Positions 30,341-38,469 of a DNA stretch of 64,000 nt are shown here, in pieces (the first letter of the stretch is position 1; every line of letters begins with the position of its first letter). The notes under the pieces are model-generated. The model was not told where the DNA came from, did no database searches, and saw nothing but the letters and a program-made list of their open reading frames with translations. The position numbers were made by a program, and so were the translations under genes. The stretch comes from Candidatus Liptonbacteria bacterium (lineage in GTDB: Bacteria; Patescibacteriota; Minisyncoccia; UBA6257; JACOXY01). The stretch spans positions 67,794 through 131,793 of the forward strand of contig JACOXY010000011.1 in NCBI GenBank assembly GCA_016182095.1. Reading direction: 5' to 3'.

Positions 30341-32965
30341 CTACCGGGTAAAAACCAAGGAATCTTCTTTGAGATTGATTTTAATCTTATCACCATTCTT
30401 AATTTCACCGCGAATAATTCTGTCAGCCATCTTGTCAAGAATCATTTTCTGGATTAGCCGCTTTATTGGGCGCGCGCCATACTCCGGATCAAATCCTTTC
30501 TCGGCGAGATATTTTTTAGAAGCGTTATCAATATTAATCTTTATGTCTTTCAAGGCCAGTCGCTTTTTAACCAGCTCAAGCTGGATCTCAACAATCTCCT
30601 GAAGATCTTTCGGCCGTAGGGGGTTAAATATTATAATTTCATCAATACGATTCAGGAATTCCGGCCTAAACCCATCTTTTAAGGCGGTCATTATCCGGTC
30701 TTTATACTCCCCCTCTTCTGTTTTCAGTTTATCCTCCTCGGTAACGCTAAAACCCAGGTTAGACATGGCGTTGATAATCTCACTGCCAACATTAGAAGTC
30801 ATTATAATGATGGAGTTTTTGAAGTTTGTTGTTTTGCCTTTGCTATCGGTTAGTCGTCCATTATCCAGAACCTGCAAAAGCAGATTAAATACCTCCGGAT
30901 GCGCTTTTTCTATTTCATCAAATAAAATCAAGCTATATGGCTTGTGACGCACAATTTCAGTAAGATGGCCGCCCTCTTCATAGCCCACGTAGCCCGGAGG
31001 AGAACCAATGAGCTTAGAAACGGCATGGCGCTCCATGTATTCAGACATATCAACCCTGACCAAAGACTTTTCGTCATTAAACATAAATTCGGCAAGGGCC
31101 CTGGCAAGCTCGGTTTTGCCGACCCCGGTAGGCCCCAAGAACATAAAGGATCCTATTGGCTTATTCTCGTCAGAGAGACCAGCCCGCGCCCTGCGCAGAG
31201 CGCTTGAAACCGCGGCAATCGCCTCTTCTTGCCCAACAACCCGCTTCTTCAAGTCCTCGTCAATACGGGATAATTTTTGAGATTCCGACTCCAGCATTCT
31301 GTAAACCGGAATGCCGGTCCAACGCGAAACCACAGCAGCTATATCGTCTTCTCTCACGGCTTCCTTTAAAAATCCATCTCCCTTCCCGCCAAAATGCTTC
31401 TTTTCAAACACTTTTAGGTCTTTTTCGGCTTGAGGCAGTTCTCCATAGATAATCTGGGCAACGCGCTCAAGATTACCTTCTCTTTCGGCGGTTTCCGATT
31501 CGTGTTTTAAATTTTCCGCTTTGGCTTTCAGGTTATGAAAGTTTTCAAAACTGATTTTTTCGGCATGCCATTTGGCGGAAAGATCGTCGTTCTCGTCCTT
31601 TAATCCAGCAAGTTCCTTGTTAATTTCCCTGACCCTTTTCTGACTTTTCGGTTGTGCGGGCTCTTTTGACAACGCCTGTTTTTCTATTGTAAGCCGAGTT
31701 ATTCCCTTTCTTATTTTCTCAATGTCGCTTGGGGTGCTTTCTGTTTCCAGGCGCAGGGCGGCGGCCGCTTCATCAATCAAATCGACGGCCTTGTCAGGCA
31801 AAAACCTGTCGGATATGTAGCGGGCAGAAAGGTTAACAGCCGCGCTTAACGCCTCATCGGTTATGTGAATTCCATGGTGTAATTCGTATTTTTCCTTTAA
31901 GCCGCGCAGAATGGAAATCGCGTCTTCTAAGCTCGGCTCTTCAACGGTAATCGGCTGAAACCTGCGCTCTAAAGCCGGGTCCTTCTCTATATGGCGCTGA
32001 TATTCCTTTATGGTTGTGGCGCCAATAGCATGCAGTTCCCCTCTCGCGAGCGGCGGTTTTAAGAGATTTGAAGCATCAACTGCTCCTTCGGCCGCGCCGG
32101 CTCCCACGATCATATGTATTTCGTCAATAAAAAGAATAATTTTGCCGGCCGAATTCTGGATTTCTTTCATAAAAGCTTTTAGCCGATCTTCAAACTCGCC
32201 TCTAAATTTGGTTCCAGCGATCAAAGACCCAAGATCAAGCATGACAATTTCCTTGCCCTTTAGCGGCTCCGGAACATCACTCGCCACTATTTTTTGGGCC
32301 AAGCCTTCAACAATTGCCGTTTTGCCAACCCCCGGCTCGCCTATTAAAACGGGGTTGTTTTTAGTCCTTCTTGATAAAATCTGAATAACCCTTCGCAATT
32401 CTTCTTCCCTGCCTATCACCGGGTCAAGCTTGCCCTGCCTCGCGCGCTCCGTAAGATTTATGGCGTATTTTTCAAGAACTTGGAATTTTGACTCCGGTGT
32501 TTCGTCGGTAATGCGCATAGATCCCCTTAATTGCGCGAGAGTCCTCAAGACCGTTTCTTTGCGAAGACCGAATTTTTCAAGGATCGCCTTCCCCGATCCT
32601 GGCACCTCAAGCATGGAGAGAAGCATATGCTCGCAAGAAATATACTCATCTTTTTGCTGGGTAGCGATTTTTGCGGCCACGTCAAGTAATCTCATCAATT
32701 CTTGAGAAAGATAAAGCTGGCCCACGGAGGCGCTGGAAAGAATTTTAGGAAGTTTTTTGATTTCGTCCTCTATGGTTTTGCGAAGAAGATCAAGATTCGT
32801 TCCGCTTCGAGCTAAAATCGGCTGGACCAATGATTGGCTATCGGAAATTAAAGAAGCCAAAAGGTGGATTGACTTTAATTCACCATGATTTTCCGCAGAC
32901 GCCAAATCCTGCGCGTTTTGCAGAGCTTCTTGAGCTTTTATTGTAAAACGATGAAAATTGGGCAT
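30341..32965 (-). CDS. clpB: ATP-dependent chaperone ClpB
   Basis: Clp N domain; two AAA+ modules ([16 protein letters not shown]); coiled-coil M-domain. Confidence 0.9.
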   Translation of the reverse strand: MPNFHRFTIKAQEALQNAQDLASAENHGELKSIHLLASLISDSQSLVQPILARSGTNLDLLRKTIEDEIKKLPKILSSASVGQLYLSQELMRLLDVAAKIATQQKDEYISCEHMLLSMLEVPGSGKAILEKFGLRKETVLRTLAQLRGSMRITDETPESKFQVLEKYAINLTERARQGKLDPVIGREEELRRVIQILSRRTKNNPVLIGEPGVGKTAIVEGLAQKIVASDVPEPLKGKEIVMLDLGSLIAGTKFRGEFEDRLKAFMKEIQNSAGKIILFIDEIHMIVGAGAAEGAVDASNLLKPPLARGELHAIGATTIKEYQRHIEKDPALERRFQPITVEEPSLEDAISILRGLKEKYELHHGIHITDEALSAAVNLSARYISDRFLPDKAVDLIDEAAAALRLETESTPSDIEKIRKGITRLTIEKQALSKEPAQPKSQKRVREINKELAGLKDENDDLSAKWHAEKISFENFHNLKAKAENLKHESETAEREGNLERVAQIIYGELPQAEKDLKVFEKKHFGGKGDGFLKEAVREDDIAAVVSRWTGIPVYRMLESESQKLSRIDEDLKKRVVGQEEAIAAVSSALRRARAGLSDENKPIGSFMFLGPTGVGKTELARALAEFMFNDEKSLVRVDMSEYMERHAVSKLIGSPPGYVGYEEGGHLTEIVRHKPYSLILFDEIEKAHPEVFNLLLQVLDNGRLTDSKGKTTNFKNSIIIMTSNVGSEIINAMSNLGFSVTEEDKLKTEEGEYKDRIMTALKDGFRPEFLNRIDEIIIFNPLRPKDLQEIVEIQLELVKKRLALKDIKINIDNASKKYLAEKGFDPEYGARPIKRLIQKMILDKMADRIIRGEIKNGDKIKINLKEDSLVFTR

Positions 32966-33123
32966 ATTATTTTATTATTATAACACACTTTTTATACTTT
33001 TGCAACCAAGTACCGCCACTTCACGGGGAGAGATTTGCGGTTGCTTTCATTTATTATAACACCTAAAAGCCACCTTGCCATATCCAAATTCATTCAATAA
33101 GAAAAAAGGCGGGCTTTTGCCCG

Positions 33124-33363
33124 CTATGGTTTATTTTGACAAAGAACATATATCACTTTCGGAGTACGCTTTTCATGGTATTTACCACCATGAAATTCTA
33201 AGTATTGTTCTTCAACCACTCTTACATCAAGCAATTTCCATCCTGCGTTTAAATACTCGTTAGCGTGATCTTCGGAGTAAACTTCAGAAACTTGCGCCAC
33301 TCGTGAAAGTTCGGACGCGTCCATTGATACCTCAATAATTTTACTGTCTTTGAAAAGTATCAA
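33124..33363 (-). CDS. hypothetical small protein
   Basis: 79 aa followed by a terminator hairpin (ggcgggcttttgcccgc plus T-run). Confidence 0.25.
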   Translation of the reverse strand: MILFKDSKIIEVSMDASELSRVAQVSEVYSEDHANEYLNAGWKLLDVRVVEEQYLEFHGGKYHEKRTPKVIYVLCQNKP

Positions 33364-34801
33364 GCACAGAGATTACTTTGTCAATCTCCGCTTTTGTCGT
33401 GTATTTCCCGAGCGTAAACCGTACGCTTTGTTTGGCGCGTTCTTTGGAGTGTCCAAGCGCCTCTATCACATAAGAGGGTGTGAGCGCACGGGCGCGACAA
33501 GCCGACCCCGAAGAAGCCGCGATGCCTGCTAAATCAAGTTTGGTTAGAAAAAATTGGGATTCAATGCCTGGGAGATAGACATTAAGAAAATTGGGGAGCC
33601 GTTGTAACGTTCTGGCCGTTCTATCGCTTCGCTCGTTCAAGCCGTTTTTCGCTATAGCATTTAGAACGCCCAGAACGTCTGCGCCGTTGATTTCCGCATT
33701 CAGATAAATCTTTTTGATGCCCTGCCATAAATTTTCACGCAGTTTGGCGATGCGGACAGATTCCTTTTCGCGATTTTTTTGTGCGAGTTCAACAGCCTTA
33801 GCAAAGCCGACAACGAACGGAACGTTTTCGGTGCCACTGCGCAATCCAAACTCTTGGCCACCACCAGTTATGATGGGGTGTGGGGTATGGAGTATAGGGT
33901 TTAGTTTTTTTTCTGCACTATACCCTAAACCCTGGACCCCAGACCCTTGGCGCGCATATAGCGCGCCAATGCCTTTCGGTCCATAGATTTTGTGAGCCGA
34001 GATTGTCATTAAGTCCACTCCCAATTTCCCCACATCACAATCTAAATACTGCAGAGCCTGTGCCGCATCAGTATGAAACATCGGATATGTAGAAGAAAAA
34101 CTTGTTTCTAAGAAAAGTGTCTCGGAGCCTGAGCGGGCATGGTTGCCGCTTTTAGTGGCAGAGCGAGGGCGAGAGTCAAGCGGGTGAGCGATCGGCTGGG
34201 CGAGCGAAACCCCGTCTTTTCGTGAAACAAGTTTTTCTTCTCTGAACTTCCTGATTATCTCGGCAATTTGCGCAACAGGCTCTACTGTTCCAACCTCATT
34301 ATTCGCATACATAACCGAAACCAAAACAGTACGCTCGTTAAGCGCCGCTTCAAGTTTTTCCAAATTAACAATTCCGCTTTTGTCTACTGGAATATAAACA
34401 ACTTCAACCCCCTCACGTTCCAAATCCCGCGCGGTTTCCAAAACAGATTCATGCTCTATTCCCGAAACCACAATCCTGGGGTGTGGGGTGTGGGGTGTGG
34501 GGTGTGGTTTTTTGTTTCCGCTATACCCCATACCCGATACCCTATACCCTTTGGCAATTCCCCGAATTGCCAAATTATTCGCTTCTGTTGCGGATCCCGT
34601 AAAAATAATTTCATTAAAGTTAGCGCCAATCGCCTTGGCAATTGTTTCCCGCGACTCATCAAGCGCCGACATAGCTGCTTGCCCAAAAGAATGCAGAGAT
34701 CCCGTGTTCCCAAATTTCAATCCAAAATACGGCTCCATTGCTTTCTTCACAACCGGATCAATTGGAGTTGTAGAGGCGTAGTCAAGGTAGATGCGCTTCA
34801 T
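33341..34801 (-). CDS. iscS: cysteine desulfurase (IscS/NifS-like) carrying two in-frame insertions
   Basis: YLDYASTTP; SAHKIYGPKG PLP lysine; C-terminal SSGSAC. The tracked ORF carries an N-terminal extension; the likely start is MKRIYLDYAS at 34801. Confidence 0.8.
   Translation of the reverse strand: MKRIYLDYASTTPIDPVVKKAMEPYFGLKFGNTGSLHSFGQAAMSALDESRETIAKAIGANFNEIIFTGSATEANNLAIRGIAKGYRVSGMGYSGNKKPHPTPHTPHPRIVVSGIEHESVLETARDLEREGVEVVYIPVDKSGIVNLEKLEAALNERTVLVSVMYANNEVGTVEPVAQIAEIIRKFREEKLVSRKDGVSLAQPIAHPLDSRPRSATKSGNHARSGSETLFLETSFSSTYPMFHTDAAQALQYLDCDVGKLGVDLMTISAHKIYGPKGIGALYARQGSGVQGLGYSAEKKLNPILHTPHPIITGGGQEFGLRSGTENVPFVVGFAKAVELAQKNREKESVRIAKLRENLWQGIKKIYLNAEINGADVLGVLNAIAKNGLNERSDRTARTLQRLPNFLNVYLPGIESQFFLTKLDLAGIAASSGSACRARALTPSYVIEALGHSKERAKQSVRFTLGKYTTKAEIDKVISVLDTFQRQ
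33872..33950. repeat. G-rich insertion element #1, in-frame in iscS
   Basis: ggggtgtggggtatggagtatagggtttag...ctataccctaaaccctggaccccagaccc encodes GSGVQGLGYSAEKKLNPILHTPHP between the conserved ALYARQ and IITGGGQE. Confidence 0.6.
34476..34553. repeat. G-rich insertion element #2, in-frame in iscS
   Basis: (ggggtgt)x4 then a T-loop then ataccccatacccgataccctataccc; encodes VSGMGYSGNKKPHPTPHTPHP. Confidence 0.6.
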
Positions 34802-34862
34802 AAAATGAAGCGTCATATGTCCGGTATCAAGTATCACGTAAATGGAATTTTTATTTTCCCCA

Positions 34863-34896
34863 AACACATGACACATAACACATGACACATGACACT
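34863..34896. repeat. tandem heptamer (acacatg) repeat in the iscS upstream intergenic region
   Basis: acacatgacacataacacatgacacatgacac, flanked by caaacac and gtgtttg. Confidence 0.5.
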
Positions 34897-35464
34897 AAAA
34901 TAGTGTTTGCGGAAAAATAAATTCACTAAAAGCAAGTTTAACCTCCAGGCGGTTGCCGGTGTTCCTCTCGGGAACAATTAGGTGTCCGCGGCTTTTCGCC
35001 AATTCATATAAATCTTTAGTAATTTTCACATCATTAAGGCAGTACTCTTCCAGCTCTTTCCACCTGCCCTCTTTGTAAAATTTAATAGCTTCAAGTCCGT
35101 GGTTTGTTTTCCCAACCCCAAGATTCGCCTGCGCCAGAAGATCAAGCCCGATTCTTTGGCCGGCACTGGTTTCAATTTCATCCAAAAGATCAAGCCGGTT
35201 AATTTTCCATAGATCAAATTTAAAATGCTTAGCAAGCACCGGTATGTCAAAACGATTAATACTAAAGCCGATTATAAGGCCGGCGTTCTTCAGAAATGTT
35301 TCGAGGTTGGCCAGTTCGGTGTCTTTAAATGCCAAATACCTGCCCTCGTTATAAGAATAAACACCAACCAGCGAGACCTCTAATCTATCAATCCGATCGC
35401 GCCCCCCAACATCCGCGAAAGAATTTTTAGTTTCAATGTCTAAAACGACTGTATCAGGTATCAT
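34895..35464 (-). CDS. DEDD-type 3'-5' exonuclease-like (RNase H-like fold) protein
   Basis: N-terminal VLDIET... (DxE) exonuclease motif. Confidence 0.35.
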   Translation of the reverse strand: MIPDTVVLDIETKNSFADVGGRDRIDRLEVSLVGVYSYNEGRYLAFKDTELANLETFLKNAGLIIGFSINRFDIPVLAKHFKFDLWKINRLDLLDEIETSAGQRIGLDLLAQANLGVGKTNHGLEAIKFYKEGRWKELEEYCLNDVKITKDLYELAKSRGHLIVPERNTGNRLEVKLAFSEFIFPQTLF

Positions 35465-35467
35465 AAT

Positions 35468-35509
35468 AACTCCACGAATTTACGAATCTTGCGTATATAC
35501 GAATTTACA
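35468..35509. repeat. left inverted repeat flanking the GxxExxY gene
   Basis: aactccacgaatttacgaatcttgcgtatatacgaatttaca. Confidence 0.6.
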
Positions 35510-35912
35510 AGTCGTTAACAAGACGCTTGAAACGAACTCCGTCTTTTAAAAAATAAATTATAATTGCTAAATTGAGATTAACACTTTTAAGATAAGATGA
35601 TACTTGGTCTATGTGCACATACCCAAATTTTGACACTACCTTTAATTCTACTATTACTTTGCCATCCACTAAAAAATCAAAGAAATTTTTCCCAACATTC
35701 TCTCCTTGAAAATTTACTGGAGCGTATTTTTCTTTTTCAAATTTAATGCCCTTTGCCACAAGCGATTTAGCATAAGCCCTCTGATATACAACCTCTTTGT
35801 GTCCCCATCTCAATTCATTAAAAACATCATACGCTGAACCTATTATCTCAAAACTCAGTTCCGGATAAAGCAAATCTTGTCTCCGTAATTTTTGATTCGT
35901 ATATTCACCCAT
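35505..35912 (-). CDS. GxxExxY-family (PD-(D/E)XK-like) protein
   Basis: GSAYDVFNELRWGHKEVVYQRA...VIVELKV matches the GxxExxY pattern. Confidence 0.5.
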   Translation of the reverse strand: MGEYTNQKLRRQDLLYPELSFEIIGSAYDVFNELRWGHKEVVYQRAYAKSLVAKGIKFEKEKYAPVNFQGENVGKNFFDFLVDGKVIVELKVVSKFGYVHIDQVSSYLKSVNLNLAIIIYFLKDGVRFKRLVNDL

Positions 35913-35932
35913 ATTCGTAAATTCATGGAGTT
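35892..35932. repeat. right inverted repeat flanking the GxxExxY gene
   Basis: Its reverse complement aactccatgaatttacgaatatgggtgaatatacgaatcaa matches the left repeat. Confidence 0.6.
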
Positions 35933-36410
35933 ACACGTGGCGATCCGCTACCTTGCTCGCGGCGTAACTGTCCGGCTTGGTCTTGACCTCAAAATTATAA
36001 GCGCGTATCATGCCAACCACTTCCTGTATCATAGATTTGGTTGCGCCATTCTCTCCGATATCCGCGTGTATCTCAAAATCAAAATTTACGGCCCCCAGAC
36101 TTTTCAGTTCTCTAAGAACATTCTGCGCCACTTCTATAGACATCAAAACCTCATTTATAATTCTGTCGCGCAGAGTATAAAACTTTTTAATTTCCAGCCG
36201 ACGCCAAAAATAACGTCCACCATTACCTACGCGATGTACCACTACAGCAGTGACAAAGTCGGCGCTGTTGTCGGCCAAACGAAGCGAGTCGGAGCCAATG
36301 ATAACTTTATAAAAAAAATTTTGCTCCTGCGCCATAAAATCAACAATTGCTTTTGCCACTTCTGTAGCATCCAACTTTACCCCGAAAGAAGTGTTAAATA
36401 AGTTTTTCAT
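35931..36410 (-). CDS. YkuK/DUF458-like RNase-H-fold protein
   Basis: VIIGSDSLRL...FVTAVVVHRVGNGGRYFWRR block; the likely start is MKNLFNT. Confidence 0.35.
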   Translation of the reverse strand: MKNLFNTSFGVKLDATEVAKAIVDFMAQEQNFFYKVIIGSDSLRLADNSADFVTAVVVHRVGNGGRYFWRRLEIKKFYTLRDRIINEVLMSIEVAQNVLRELKSLGAVNFDFEIHADIGENGATKSMIQEVVGMIRAYNFEVKTKPDSYAASKVADRHV

Positions 36411-36513
36411 TATCCATAGACTAAAACAAACTGGGCAAATTTGCAACCAATTTGAGAATGAATAAAAAAAGAAGCCCGCCCAAGTTCTGTTTTGCAAAAC
36501 TCGGGCGGGCGAA

Positions 36514-36586
36514 TAGGCCCTGGGGGATTTGAACCACCGTCGGTCGCTTATAAGGCGACTGCTCTAACCAATTGAGCTAAGGGCCC
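36514..36586 (-). tRNA. tRNA with anticodon UAU (Ile2-type)
   Basis: Manual fold: acceptor GGGCCCT/AGGGCCT; D arm GCTC..GAGC; anticodon stem GTCGC/GCGAC with loop CTTATAA; T arm GGTGG-TTCAAAT-CCCCC. Confidence 0.55.
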
Positions 36587-36589
36587 AAA

Positions 36590-36663
36590 TAGCGCCGGCG
36601 GGATTTGAACCCACGGTCTCCGGCTTGAAAGGCCGGTGTCCTAGACCACTAGACGATGGCGCC
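36590..36663 (-). tRNA. tRNA-Glu (UUC)
   Basis: Anticodon stem CCGGC/GCCGG with loop CTTTCAA; T loop TTCAAAT. Confidence 0.7.
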
Positions 36664-36733
36664 GCAAACAGAAAGATGGCAATCGGGCTTGAACCGATGA
36701 CCCCCTGCTTATCCCTCACTTATGCGCTTAAAA
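36664..36733 (-). other. tRNA 3'-half-like fragment (perfect T arm plus acceptor 3' strand, no 5' half)
   Basis: ATCGG-TTCAAGC-CCGAT followed by TGCCATC. Confidence 0.4.
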
Positions 36734-36806
36734 AGCCAGAGGAGGGGCTTGAACCCTCGACCACTCGATTACAAATCGAGTACTCTACCAACTGAGCTAC
36801 TCTGGC
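36734..36806 (-). tRNA. tRNA-Thr (UGU)
   Basis: Acceptor GCCAGAG/CTCTGGC; anticodon stem CTCGA/TCGAG with loop TTTGTAA; T arm GAGGG-TTCAAGC-CCCTC. Confidence 0.7.
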
Positions 36807-36850
36807 ATTAGTGAGGGACTAGGCGCTCTACCGACTGAGCTATGCCAGCA
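36807..36850 (-). other. tRNA 5'-half-like fragment (acceptor plus D arm)
   Basis: GCTGGCA-TA-GCTC-AGTCGGTA-GAGC; its acceptor pairs 6/7 with the 3' fragment at 36664-36733. Confidence 0.4.
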
Positions 36851-36923
36851 TACCCCCGAGAGGATTTGAACCCCTGACTCCGCGGGTAGAAACCGCGAGC
36901 TCTGTCCACTGAGCTACGGGGGC
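36851..36923 (-). tRNA. tRNA-Arg (UCU)
   Basis: Acceptor GCCCCCG; anticodon stem CGCGG/CCGCG with loop TTTCTAC; T arm AGGGG-TTCAAAT-CCTCT. Confidence 0.65.
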
Positions 36924-37093
36924 AGAACCAAAAAAAGAGTGAATGCGGGAGGAGGGATTTGCCCACAACTCTCACTTCGCCGTCGCGAAGTTCGGTCGCG
37001 GGCCCGCCTCGCGATCGCGCGTGCTCGCGCGATAAGCTCCGGCATTCAAATCCCGCCCGCAGGCAAAGAAGTTTGCCTGCTCGGAAAAAGAAA

Positions 37094-37167
37094 TGCGGGA
37101 GGAGGGATTTGAACCCTCAAAATCAGGCTTTTAAGGCCAGCACGTATGCCAATTCCGTCACTCCCGC
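37094..37167 (-). tRNA. type-I tRNA with anticodon UAA (Leu-like), atypical
   Basis: Acceptor GCGGGAG/CTCCCGC; T arm GAGGG-TTCAAAT-CCCTC; anticodon loop CTTAAAA; only a 5-nt variable region and a 3-bp D stem. Confidence 0.45.
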
Positions 37168-37183
37168 AAAGTCACTCGCCCTC

Positions 37184-37460
37184 AGGAGTGTGAGATATGA
37201 ACATAAATCAAATTTAGAAGCCAAAAAATGAGGTGATTTCAAGGCACGACGACGAAATTGTATTCAGAGAATACATTGAGGAGGAGTAACGAAGAAAATC
37301 AGCCATTTTTTGGCTTCCCCTCGGGGGCGGGCGAATTTCCTAAATCTGCCTCGTTCATCGTCGGAGCTGTACTCTTTGAGTACTAATCTCCTCCTCGCGC
37401 CTCACATATTTAGTAAATTCGCTCCGCTAAATTGATTTTGTTCGTATCTCACACTCCTAT
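37184..37460. repeat. inverted-repeat-bounded element of about 275 bp (MITE-like or structured RNA)
   Basis: aggagtgtgagatatgaacataaatcaa (37184-37212) versus the reverse complement of attgattttgttcgtatctcacactcct (37430-37460); interior has several nested complementary blocks. Confidence 0.45.
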
Positions 37461-37728
37461 TTTCAACGAACTTCAATAAACTTCGTTATTATATCATGAA
37501 TTTTCTAAATTGCAAGCCAGGGTTCCTTGGGGCGCGGCCTTTCTTGCTACCTCTTATTTACCATGACATCTTTTATATTTCCTAGCGAAGCCACGCGAAA
37601 ATTTATTTTCGTGATGGCTGAGCGACGGAAATTCAAGAAATGCTGCAGCATTTCTGTTGCTTATTGACTAGCCCGCAGGGATTTTCTATATTAAGTGCAG
37701 AACCTTTCTCCATTATGGGGGGTAAACC

Positions 37729-37947
37729 ATGCCAAACATTGGTGCGTGGGAGAAATCAGTTGCTGAACGGTATAAACTGCATACATCATGGCTTATACCA
37801 TCATATCACGGAGAGAAATGTCCATGTTGTGGCAAAGTACGAAGGTACGAACACTACATCACCGACGTGGGAGTGTGTGTCTTCTGCTCCGCTGCTTGTA
37901 AAGATAGTGACAAGTGCCAACAATCAGCTCTCTTTGAAAAAGATTAA
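37729..37947 (+). CDS. small Cys-rich zinc-ribbon-like protein
   Basis: CPCCG...CVFCSAAC motifs; G-rich SD-like sequence upstream. Confidence 0.25.
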   Translation: MPNIGAWEKSVAERYKLHTSWLIPSYHGEKCPCCGKVRRYEHYITDVGVCVFCSAACKDSDKCQQSALFEKD

Positions 37948-38128
37948 ATCAGCTACGATTTTCCGGGCCTTACTCTGTGGAGAAGGGCCTTTTTCTTTAC
38001 TCCTACGCCCCCTAAAATATTTTGCATGGCAAAATATTCGGGCGATAATTTCGCCAATAGCGAAATGATTTAGCCATGACACCTCTGCTACTTCTTGAAA
38101 TTTGCCAAATACCACGGGGATCAAAAAC

Positions 38129-38158
38129 TTGACAGATTATATACTTCTATGCTATGAT
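38129..38158 (+). promoter_or_regulatory. sigma70-like promoter
   Basis: -35 TTGACA, 18-nt spacer, -10 TATGAT; AAGGAGG SD lies 22 nt downstream. Confidence 0.45.
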
Positions 38159-38193
38159 GTATTTAGAATTCGGGCAACTTAAGGAGGTGCCAG

Positions 38194-38316
38194 GTGAAGT
38201 CAATCTACCAAATCGTGGTCAGCAGAGATTTCGTGCTTTTCGCAAGAGATTTCCTTCTCCCAATGGTGGGGTTCGGAATTCTCTTCTTGTGGGTGATCCC
38301 CGCGATCGTCCGCTGA
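38194..38316 (+). CDS. 40-aa hydrophobic membrane peptide (GTG start)
   Basis: AAGGAGG then 6 nt then GTG; translation VKSIYQIVVSRDFVLFARDFLLPMVGFGILFLWVIPAIVR. Confidence 0.35.
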   Translation: MKSIYQIVVSRDFVLFARDFLLPMVGFGILFLWVIPAIVR

Positions 38317-38469
38317 TCTCGTGGATGTCCAGACCGTCTTGGCCGCCCGGCAATGCTGTGGCGGCCTTTCTTATCCCCATGACCCATGACACTTCTTATC
38401 CTTCGACTTCGCTCAGGATAAACGTTGCCAAAATGATTATTTTATGCTCCATGGCACTTCTTATATTTT

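Noticed and set aside
19864-34896. Possible CRISPR array from the short repeats
   Set aside because: The repeats are contiguous 7-mers without spacers, and there is no array of 25-40 bp repeats with unique spacers anywhere in the window.
36959-37231. 90-aa R/P-rich ORF across the GC-rich segment and the tRNA
   Set aside because: It overlaps a tRNA gene and has a composition artefact typical of GC-rich non-coding DNA.
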